The translations under genes and the position numbers were made by a program. The notes beneath the pieces are model-generated. The model was not told where the DNA came from. It saw only the letters and a program-made list of their open reading frames with translations, and did no database searches. A DNA stretch of 64,000 nt from a virus: IMG/VR virus record IMGVR_UViG_3300009314_000003, positions 64,001 to 128,000 of that record, one strand, 5' to 3'. This document shows, one piece after another, positions 1 to 12,000 of the stretch (its first letter is position 1; every line of letters starts with the position of its first letter).

Positions 1-3000
1 GGTTGGGGTGCACACCAGAGGGATGCTCATCAAGGCCCTGCCTGGTGGAATATACCGGGACACGCTGTCAACTTTGCCAGGTGGCTTCCAGGATTCCTGA
101 CAATAGACCTGGGTGCTCGCCTGGGCTTCGGCCTGGTTGGTGCGGCTAAAAGGGCTACATCAAATGCTGTTTTTAAGAGTCAACCCCTCCGAAGCCTTCC
201 GGAGATAATTACCAACGCCCGCCGTTACGCCAAAGACAATCTAGATTCCCCAGTCGTAAATCTCATTACCAGCACACTCGCTTCGGTACGTGCCTTCAGT
301 CATTTTGTGGGAGGTAAGACAGATGCCAATAACCAGACTAAGAGATTTGCCGAGCGTAGTTATAAAACTATCAGTGGGTATCGGCGCACAGGGGCTACTG
401 CTAATGAGTATATAACCGAGAACACACGCCGTCTCTTTAAGGATTATAGACGCTTCAAGGCTAAGGCTAAGAGTGACCTGAAGCGGGCCTTATCCACTGA
501 CTATACCAGGACTGGGGCAGAGTTAACTCGCTTATTTGATCCTGATGCTGCAAAGTCATCTCCTATACACATATTCAAGAAAGGGTTTGGCGTTGAGTAT
601 GGAGGTATGAGGGAAATGTCCAGGCATCTGTTTGAGCGCAAGATGCCTCTGGTGGCCAGGTTATCGGGGTTGGAGAGCCTTCGGATGCGCCATCTCAAGG
701 GGATTGGGCAATCCGAGGAGTGGAAACGCATCTTCAGAGTAATTTACAAGGGAATTCAATCGGCTAGGGAATTTGGTGATGCGGGAAACCAGGTTAGAAA
801 ATTAGTCAAGGGTGGATATTCTGAGGGTGGGAAACGTTCCTTTGACGACCTCATTGTAGATTCCAGACTCTTCTTCGATCCCGTGACTAAGGAAGTTCGT
901 AACCTCTCCGGTTTTACCTTTAAGGACATAATTGGCAGGTCCCTACACTATGCCTCTAAGCGCCTCACCTTTAACACACCCCTCGGTAAGATTGATCTGG
1001 TTAGCATCTTTGGCGGACGTGCTGTAGCTAGTTACGGTATGCCCAGTATAGTTCGCCTGGAGCATGGACGTGTACCGACCAAGGCTATTCAACGGTTGTA
1101 TGGTGTAGAGGTATATCCTACCCCAACAGACCCAAGCGCAAAGCAATTTACTCAGGTACTAGCAATAAAGGATAGGAAGAGCGGCTACACAGTCTGGGCT
1201 GATGTATATGGTGGTGATGCAAGTGGTGGAACTGGGCTGGAAGTGGTGGCAAGGAATATGAGTCTTGTCTCCAGTACCGATAGCACGAAGATGATGAGTG
1301 TCTATGCTATGCGGGAGAGTATGTGGCCTCCGCTTGATAAGAATGCACTTAATGAAAGATTTAAGGGTGGGGGTATAACCCCAACAATTAGAAAGTGGCT
1401 GCATAACAAGTTTGACTTGTTTGGGGGAGGAAAGTTTTATCCATCTGTGTGGGAACTTGCTCTACACCATATGCGCGGTGATTCAAGGGTGTGGACTATA
1501 TTTCATCCGGAGGGTCTTCCTGCCAGGGTAGCCAGCGGTATCTACAAGATGAAGGACCTTGCCGCCTCCGGCGGGCAGAAGGCAAGCTATCAGATTCAGT
1601 ATTTGGACGCCGCCTACAGGAAGGCGCGCACAGAAGCAAGTAAGCTGCTCACAAGGGATGATATACTGAGTCGTATATTACGTAAAGCTTATGAGGGAGA
1701 TACCATAAAACTATGGGGCGTTAAGACAGAATTCAAGATTAAGGATATCATTGATGAGAAGATTGTGGAGGACGGCTTACCAGAACCTCTGCGTCTTGTG
1801 AGGGAGATACTTAAAATTGATGAGACTGCATCCGCTGATAGTAGACTCGGGAGAAATCTTAAGCAGATCATAGATGAGTTGACAGATAGGATGCCTGAGA
1901 TGGGCGGTTTTCATAAGTATGTCTCAGAGGGAGGGGTTGGAGAGACAGCAACTGTAAAAGCCAAAAGGTTCCTGGCCGAAAGAGCTATACTACGTGAGGC
2001 GGATACCCTGGGGGCGGCCAGGCAACTAGATACTCCCCACGCCGGTGATACGGTTAAAAATATTGTAGATGATATCCTCGTGGCATTTGATGATCTGGCC
2101 AAGACAAATGCTATAACCACCAAGGACCTGCTGAAGGTTAAGATGGGAATGCAAGGGATAAGATGGGAGCACGAAGTACGCAACCTAGGCAGCCTGAGTG
2201 GAAAGAGTCAGATAACGGGGCGTGGTATTGATAAACTCTTTCAGGCAGTAGGCGAACGGGGCCTCATGGCTAAGGAGTATAAGGACGTTGAATCGTTATT
2301 TGACTTCCTCAGGAAGGCTAAGATGGAAGATCCAGAGCTGTGGGATTCCTACCGGCGTATGACGGGCAAGTTCAAAACCACAATGATGGTTGACTCTCAG
2401 AGACATGCCCTGGAGATGATGTCTGATGTATTTGGGGAGAGCCCTTACCTGCTCTTCGAAGGGGGCCCGATGGGATGGGCCAAGAATGTCTTTTCATGGG
2501 GTTATGATACCTTCGGACGTACTATGGACCTGGTTGGCCTGGGCTGGGATCGAGGACGTTTCCCGAAGTTCATGGGGAAGGATAGTATAGCCGGACTCTG
2601 GACCAAGAGATTCGCTCTCATGGGTGGTGTTGCAGCCGCTTACCAGACGGTAGACACTGTTACTGATACCACCCCCATATTTGCTGGTTCCTTGGCCCAT
2701 GACGAATTAGTCGCTGTTAGACATAAACGGACTGGACTAGTGAGCCTTGTCAAAATTGGTGAGTTTGTTGAAGATGGTAGAGCCGATAATAATCAATTTG
2801 AAGCCTGGACCAACCATGGCGGCAAAATCGGCTGGTATGACATTACCCAGGGCATTAGACATAAGCGTGAGACCACATTAGTGAGGGTTGAGTTAGAATC
2901 CGGTGCCGATCTATTTGTCACGGATAACCACTCTCTATTCACGGGATCGGAGAGCAACCTACAACTTCAAGCGCCAGAAGTTGGGAAGCATATTGTCGCG

Positions 3001-6000
3001 TTAGAGTCGCAATACCCATCAGGGGCAGGTATATCAAGAGTTGACATCAGTGATCTTGTAACGTCGTTGCCAGAGAAGCTGTACGTGGCTGTTGAGGACC
3101 CGTCCTTAAATCGTGGCAACTACAAACTCCGCGCGGATGCAGAGGATATTTGGGGTAGCAACTATGTGAGGTGGCTACGGGACAGGGTAACATATCATAA
3201 AGCTGTTTATAGGACCACCTATGAAGCCTATACGGAGTGCCCAAAGAAAGAGTTCACTAAGATTCGTCACTTTAGATCTCCTGTGAAGATCCCGTCTGGG
3301 TGGGAGCTAACTAGGGAGTTTGGATATGTGTTGGGTATGTTTGCTGCTGAGGGGTGTGCAACTAAGTCTAATGGTAGTGTGTATGGCGTTCTCTTCAGCG
3401 CCAAGGATTATGGTAGTCTTGGCCACAGATATAAAGGCCATATTAGATCAAGGCTCGTCTCTGCACTCAAGACTGTATTTCCAGATGCCAAGATTTCACA
3501 TTCTCACAAGAAAATAATACTCCACGGGTATCTATACTACTGGCTCTTCCATGACGTATTCAAGATGGGCCATGGCGCGTCCAATAAACGCCTCCCGGAC
3601 TTTGCACTGAATGGCCCGGAAGGGTTTAGGAGAGGACTCATTGATGGATATATTGATGGGGATGGATATCAGAAGCAGACCGGCGACACCATCAGACCGG
3701 CCGGTATTGGGAGTACTTCCCGCGAACTCGTCACTCAAGTTTATCTATTACTCAGGATGGAGGGCTGCCAGGTAAAGCTGTCTAGCAGGGAGCCAAGACA
3801 GGGACAAATTATTGATGGTCGCGTTGTTAATGGTAACTATCGAACCTATGCGATTACCATCAGGGATCTACACACAGATTTGTATGATGTATCAAACTCC
3901 AACCATGCTAGAACTATACGAAGTAACAGGGTCTCGTCCGCAATAGCAAGTATGTCCGCATGTGAGGAGCAGCCAGACTTTGTGTATGATATCTCCGTGG
4001 CTGGTGCGGAGAAGTTCATCGCTGGATTTGGTTTCTTGTATGCACACAACACTGCCCTCGATGAGGGGACTACGGTTTTCTTAGCTGACCAGGCCGTAAG
4101 GGCCAGGTTATTCGCCGGTTACGTATATGATATTACAGGCATCACGGATACAATGAAGTATCTTGAGGGTCTTATGCCGAAGAGTACACAAGTTCTGCCA
4201 GGGGCAGCCATGGGTTTCGCTATGGGTGGTGTACCAGGAGCAATTACCGGCGGTATTCTTAATGCCTGGACCCAACCGGTCCTCAAGGAAGGCCCCCTCT
4301 CCTTCCTCTCCCTCTTACCCCCCACTGCCCCATTTGTCTCTGACATGACTAAGAGCTTCAAGGAGCTACAGGATTTATATTCCGGGAGGGAGCTAGAAGC
4401 CGTTAGAAAAGGATCGGGCTGGCCTTTTGGTTCTGTTCCTATTGAGGGTTGCCTCACCGAGAGAACCGAGGTCTTAGTTGCTGACGGTGGTACCACGTCT
4501 ATAAGGGCCATTAAGGTTGGGGACTGTGTTATTGGGCCGGCTGGTCCCGTTCTTGTAACAGCTACCAAGGATCGATACACCACTCCTAGTGAACAACTCT
4601 ACACAATCATCTCAAGATACAACCGATCTGACGAGGTTGAAATTACAGGCAACCATCCTGTACTAGTAGCAGAAGATCCTTTTAGATGCTCTGTTGTATC
4701 CAATGGGACCTGTTCCCCGAGGCGTAACCAGAAGTGTCACAAATGCAGCCATCCGTATTGGCAGTCCTACAAACTCGGCTGGAAGCGGGCCGATGATATT
4801 ACCAGTGATGACTTACTAGCAATACCACGGCGCAGGTTCAATAGCAGCTCCGAACATGTTATCCGGTGGGTGGACTTCCTTGGTGATGATTATAAATACG
4901 TTGGTGGCCACGTCTGGGTTAATAGTAAACTGGGCACTTTTGGCAATGAGGCTCTCAGAGCAATCGTTGACCTGGTCCTGGATGATCTACCACATAAGGA
5001 TTCTGAGAAGCAACGTAGAATTGAGGCGATCGCTACACAGTCTGGCAGGATGCCCAGACAAGTTCGTCAGAAGATGGTAGATGTGCGGGACAGACTTAGA
5101 GATGGATGCCCTCGAGATTGCATTGATTATGTGGATCTTGGTTCCTTGGCAGAATATCTGCCACTCTCCTATGAGACGGGGCGCTTTCTTGGTCTTTACG
5201 CCGCCGAGGGGAGTGTGTGTGATAATGGCACTATATCATTTGCTTTCCACGCCAACGAAATAGAGTATCACCAGTTTGTTGAGTCGTGCATGCGCAGATA
5301 CTTTGGTTCGGACACAGTTACTCATGTGTCGGGCCCACAAACCGCAGGGACAAATCAGTGGGCTGTTCAATGCTTCTCCACACCTATAGCCAGCATCCTG
5401 GGAAGAATGTTCAACCGCGGAGCTTCTAGTAAGGACATCCCGGCCAGGTTGTTTGAGGCGAACGATGATTTCTTGCGTGGGTTTCTGAGGGGACTATTTG
5501 ATGGGGATGGACACCACAATTTGATAAAACCAAGAGTGGAGATGCGCCTGGCCAGTAAGGATCTGATTAATCAAGTTCAGTTGGTACTGGAGCATTTCGG
5601 TGTCGTGGGATTTGTGTCCCAGGTGGACAATAATGGCTTTGATGCTTACGAAATCCTTGTGAGCAGCTCTAATGCCCGTGCCCTACTCCAGCTTATGGAG
5701 GGCGTACATGAAAGCACATTCTACGATAGCCTGCCTGGTAAAGGAGCCTGGGTTTGCGGAGACTTCATCTTCACGGAAGTTCATAAGATTTCATCCAGGT
5801 CATGTCCTGAAGGAACCCATGTATATGATATCGAAGTCGCAGAGGGTGAATCCTTCCGCACAGTTGGACTCCATCTTCATAATTCAAGAATTACAGCATA
5901 CTCTCCTAACTGGTACCCCATGTTGAAGGCTCAGTATAAAGCCACCCCGGCCCTTTACGGTTCCAAGCTTGAGCAGTGGGCCTTTAAGGACCTTCCCTTT

Positions 6001-9000
6001 GTCGACTTCAGCTTTGGTGACCTTATTGACCCCGACTACCTAACCAGGAAACACTATTACGACAGGCCCTATATTTCGTGTCTAACTCCAGGTACCTTAA
6101 TTATAGGCGATAGAATTACAGCCATAGATAAAATCAGGGAAGGCTCACATGTTTATACTAAGTCAGGAGAACTATCAAAGGTTACCGAGGTACATAGAAG
6201 AAATGTAAAAGAGCATATCACCAACATCCGTATTGCTAAACACTCAGAGCCGCTGAGACTTACCTGGAATCATAAAGTGATGGTGATGCAAACTGAAGTA
6301 TGTAGTCATAGACACAACAGCTCTAAGTCTAGACGAGTGTGTAGATTTGGGTTAACAAACAGTGATTGTGTGAAATGTACAAACAAACTTTATAAGAACT
6401 ATGAACTCGGGTGGGTACGAGCTAAGCATATAGAACCTGGGGACATAGTAGTTAAATCCATACCAGATACGTCAGAAATTGTCGAATCAATCAACATAAG
6501 TGATTTTGTGCTAGATTATCCAGTTTATGATGGTTCAGTATATTATGCGCCGAGAGCAAATAAGCTGTCAGCTAAACTAGCTTGGATTAAAGCTCATATC
6601 CCCCAACACAAAGATAATGAGAAGGGAGCACTAAAGAGATTATCTGCTGCTTACGATATACCACTTGGGTATTTATATAATCACTACTATACTTGTAATA
6701 CTAATCAGTGGGAACGTTGGACTATACCAGATGCTCTACCTCTCGATAAGAACTTATTTACCATACTAGGATACTACCTTGCCGAGGGCTCACTAACAAC
6801 CAAAGGGGTTAGTTTCGTCTTTCATGAGAAAGAGTTGAATACATATGTTAAGGAACTAATCAATGCTGCTTCTAATCTTGGATTCAAATCATCGTCGTGG
6901 CGATATAAAGAAGGCTCAAAGGCTATTGAATTAACCATATACAGCGTAATTCTCAGGAAGATGGTAGATAGCTTATGTGGTAGGGCCGAGCAAAAACACA
7001 TTCACTCGTTATTGATGAAGGCCCCGAGGGAGTCCAGAATTGCATTTGTTAGATCCTATATAAATGGAGACGGTTGTTATACGGCCGTAGATAGGGGTAT
7101 TTGGACGGTAACATATACGAGTGTTGTACCTTCAATTAGTTATCAGATCCAGCAAATGTTGTCAACACTTGGTGTGTTTGCTGGTATCCACAAAAGTGAA
7201 TGTCCCCCATATAAGATCAAAATAAATGATAAAGTAAATGGCATATCCTCTGGTGTATACTATATAGGTACGATAAATGGTGTTGAGTGTAGAAAGCTTC
7301 TCGACTTATTTGAGATGGACCATCCACAAACCAATCCACCAGCTCCGAATAGGTGGGGGTGGATGGATAATAAGTTTATTTATTTAGCTGTTAGAAATGT
7401 AGACCGTGAGTATTATGAGGGACCAGTGTATGATATTACAGTTGATGGTGAGCACAACTACCAAACATCATCTGCAATAGTTCATAACTCCGATATTCCA
7501 TTTTTGGAGGTACCTCTAGTAGGACCGGCCCTGGCGGCAACAGCCGGACAGGCATTCCGGGCCATTCACCCCATGACACTTGATCACCCTATGCACAAGG
7601 AGGAGGTGCAGAGGGCTTTGCAGGAGGGCGTGGCCTACAGTTGGCGAGGGGAGGAGGAGCCCGGCTTCGGTCCCAGGTACACTGGTTCCGTGTATACAGA
7701 TGAATCATACAGTCAGGGTCGTATTATGGGGACACTCGAGGGTCGCAGTCCTACGATCCGCAGCAATATGGATGTACGACAGATCATCTCCGAGCAGATT
7801 TACAGGGGGTGGATTGAGCCGGCAGGTCTGGCTGGCTTCTGCCTACCAGAGGGATCTGAGGTTATTACTTATGGGGGCCTTTATAAGAAGGTGGAGGATA
7901 TTAATCTCGGTGATAAACTTATCACCCATAGGGGCCACCCTGGTAAAGTCACTAGGGTATATAAGAGATTTGTGGATGAGGATATTATTGAGCTTAGTGT
8001 TTCCCACTATGCCGATGTCCCTGTCCAATTGACGGGGGAGCATCCAGTCTTGGTAGCAAAAACGAAGCCCTGCCTGAAAACCCACGACAAACAACATTGC
8101 CTACCACTTCATGGATCTTCTAGGTGTTATTGTTGTCCAAGAGAGTTCAACACCAATCTGGAGTGGGTTGTGGCGAAGGATATTAAGGAGGGTGATTTTG
8201 TTGTTCAACCATCCTCTATAGGCCTTCCACATAGCGGTCTTTTGGATTTAGGTAAGATGGATGAGGTGGTAAATTATAAAAGGGTAAATAACAACAGCCG
8301 GTGCTCAAGAGATAGGGATCACAAATACTTTGTTATCGAGCATGACAATATTAGGTGGTGGAATGGTTCCAAGAAACGATTTCCAAGATACTTGGAGCTA
8401 ACCAAGGATCTTGGGTTCTTCTTCGGTGTATATTTGGCCGAGGGTAGTTTGGATCCTTCTCCCAATAAAGTAAATAAACACAACAGGGGCCCGGAGAGAA
8501 TACAGTTCGCCCTTCATAAAGATGAAACAGATGCCATAGGAAGACGCCTTATTCGTATTGCTCGGGAGTACTTCAATATTGATCCATCTAAATGCCACAT
8601 TACACCCAACCACGGAAATGGCATAAGATTAAGACTCCAATCTCATGCTCAGCTGGCTATAACTATGCATCTCCTTCTAGGATCAAAGGAGAACAAATAT
8701 CTACACCCATCCCTATCCAACGGTCCTACTAAGTTTATTATTGGTTTATTGGAGGGGCTACTAATCGGAGACGGTTGCGCATTTAACAATGAGAATTTAA
8801 CCACTATAACCCCTACAATTAGCCTAACAACCACTGCTTATGGTATTGTCCAGGCAGTACGTTATGCAATGACTAGAATAGGGCTACATCCTCCAGTAAC
8901 AACCAGGGATGATAGTATAGTTGGGAGAAAAACAATAATTAATAGTCACGTAGCGATCCATAAGCTCCCATCATATAGACTGCGGTTATCTGGGTATACA

Positions 9001-12000
9001 GCTGTTAAGCTAAATCAGTTAATACACCTCTACTCTGGGGACGGGGATTTCAATTATAAGCCTATACGCAAGAAGGCCCCAGAGGTTTTTACCTTATATG
9101 ATTACACTTATTTAAAGGTTAAGAAAGTAGTTAGCAAGAGATATAAAGGTCGTGTATATGATTTCGAGATTGGTGGGGATCATAGCTTTATGACTACTGC
9201 TTGTATAGTTCATAACTGTACCAGTGCCCTGTTATGGGATTCTGATGAACCATTCGTAGATGAGCCAGTCTTTGCCCCGGCTAGTGAGATGGACTCAATG
9301 GGACGTGCTTACTGGGATATGAATATTGGTGATCCATTCTTAATTGGCGAGGGTATACGTAGAATGATCCCCCGGCCCAGAACAAGTTATGAGAAGGTTG
9401 ATGACTTACTCAGAAACGATATGCCAGGATGGCTTCCTGAGAACTTTCGGCGTGGCGACCCCTTTTGCATTTCTCCGGATACTATGGTAGAGGTTTATGA
9501 TGGTCTGATTCGGGCGGATGGGGTCAAGGAGGGTGATTTGATTCGTACTATTAGGGGCCGGTATTTCCCTATTAACAAGATTGCTGTAAGAGAGGTAGAT
9601 GAACCGGTATACAAGATTAAACTTGCTGGTGTGGAATATATAACCACCGCAACAGCTGAACATCCATTTAGAATTCATCCTGGAAAATGGGCACTAGCTG
9701 AGGATTTAAGGCCAGGTATGTATGTTGCTTACCCGCGGCTGAAAATAGATTTCCCCACAGAGTTAGAAATTCTAGGTAGAAGGTTTCAGCTTTCCGGCCC
9801 ACTGGCTTACATACTAGGTAATGTACTTAAGTATGGCCGAGTGGGTGATTTGTCCCTGGCTGTTACAGGTGTGCCTGAGGGGGACAGTTTTGCCCGGACG
9901 GTACAAAACATATTAGGAATTAAACTTAGCAAGCAGGGTCATAGCAGAAGTAAAATATTGCTTAGTCTCTTCAAGGATCTTAATCTAAGGCTCCCTCCCA
10001 TGTTTTATGGGGGCCCATTAAATATATTCGCCTCATTCTTAAAACCATTTACGGACGAGCCTCTACCGGGCCGCCGATTCATTACCCTAACCCTACCCAA
10101 TATGTCATTAGCATACCAGGTATGGAATTGTCTAATACAACATGACGTCATAGGACAAATCGATGGATGCCAGATAACAATACCAAGATGGATGCTTGTG
10201 GGTTTCAATAAGAATGCTGTTCTCATAGACTATTTATGTGGAGATAGGGAGATATTACGCTACGGAGATATAAGTACCATACCCTATAAGAAACACGAAA
10301 GGGGTAATGATGATCACCTCTATATAAGAGTGGATGAGGTTGAGGAAATACATTATAAAGGCCCGGTCTATGGTTTTGAGGTTGATAGGGATAATACTTT
10401 TTGTGTTGCGGGCTGTATAAGTCATAACACCCGTATTCCCAGGGGCGAGGCCTTACTCCCTGGGCCGGGGTACGAATCAATGTTTAACATGGTTCTTGAC
10501 TTCCCCACCGGGGCCAGTAGGCTTGGTTATTCAGCCTATGAACAGGCCTTGCATATGATTGGCCTTAAAGATCCCCTCTCCGAGGATGAGGAAGAGATCA
10601 TGAGTGAGGGAACTGCAATCCACAAAATGGTACAGGCTCAGCTGACAAAGGAGGGGGTACTAAAAAAGGTTGAGGCATATGTAACAGATCCCTACAACCG
10701 TGTTTCATCCTATGTTGACGGTGTTATGGGGTCCGCCTACGGCGACATTCCGCTGGAGATTAAGAGCATCTCCAGTAAAGGTTTTCAGCAACTTACCCGG
10801 CCGAAGCACAAACATAACATCCAGTTGAATGCTTACCTGCATATGATGAAGGCACGTGAGGGTAAAATCTTGTATGTTAATAGGACTGACCCATCTCAGA
10901 CTAAGGAATTTAAGGTCCGTTATGACCCACGTCTCTGGGCGCAGACCCTGGCTGAATTGGAGACTGCTAGGGAATATGCCAGTCAGTTCCTGGGTGAGGG
11001 ATATGGCTCCTCCACGAATGGCTACTCATATGTAGATAGAATGCAGGTACTCATGAATGCCGCCCCCTTTTCCACAGAGTATAGAGAGGTAGCTCAAATT
11101 GTAGGGCAGCAGTCTGAGCTCGGACTCTTATCTGATGAGCAGGAGAACCACCTGAAGAGAATGAGGCGTTATCACCAGAACATGATGAGGCGCCATGAGC
11201 TCTATCCACATCGTTTCAAATGGAATCAAATTCTCGATCCGGATCCACAGTACCAGCAACTTAATAGTAATGAACTAATCAAGGCAGCTGCTGAATATCC
11301 ACTCCCGGCCAGAGTAGCTGGTTCGATCTGGGAATACATGACCCATCTCCGTTCGCCACTTCATAGCAAACTTATTGGCCAATACTCCCCCGAGGAACAG
11401 TATGAGAGGACTGTGTTATATGGGAGTACACACAAGAATTGGGCGAATCCCATATCCGATTTCGCTGAGCCTTATATGCGCGGACTTAAGTCTGTAACTG
11501 ATCCGGTACAGGGGGCTCTCTCTTTTGGCCTGGGTGGGTCCCTCTTCGGCGGACTACCTGGGGCCATCCTGGCTGGTACGTTTGGAGCTGTGTATGGCTC
11601 GGCTCATGGTATATACCGAGCAGCTACTGACAGCCGCTATGTGCCGGAGAGATTTGAGGAGATGCAGGAAATGGAGGAGTATTTTGATCGCCTCAAGTAC
11701 TATCGCTCCCATACACTGTACAAAGCCACCGGAGACAGACGTTTCCTGGATGAGATGGGCCGAACTGCAGTTGGTTGGTCAGCAAAAACTCGTGGCGGGA
11801 GGATGACCAGACAACGGAGGGAGGATGATACCAAGCGGAGCCCGTACGCCAATTATGCCAGGCAGCCAACAATATATGATATTACAGGTAATTCATCCAT
11901 ATACACCAGGATGATGAATTGGATGGGCGGTGTATTACCACCAGAGGGCATGACCCAATCCTCTCGCTGGGCTAATCAGTCATACTCTACAGCTGGTGGC

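Noticed and set aside
307-309. GTG start given for the 4120-aa ORF
   Set aside because: The frame is open to base 1 with protein-like sequence, so the gene starts outside the window.
10500-10980. CRISPR-Cas system suggested by the Cas4-like domain
   Set aside because: No repeat-spacer array, no cas1/cas2 and no Fe-S cysteines; the domain is part of a much larger protein.
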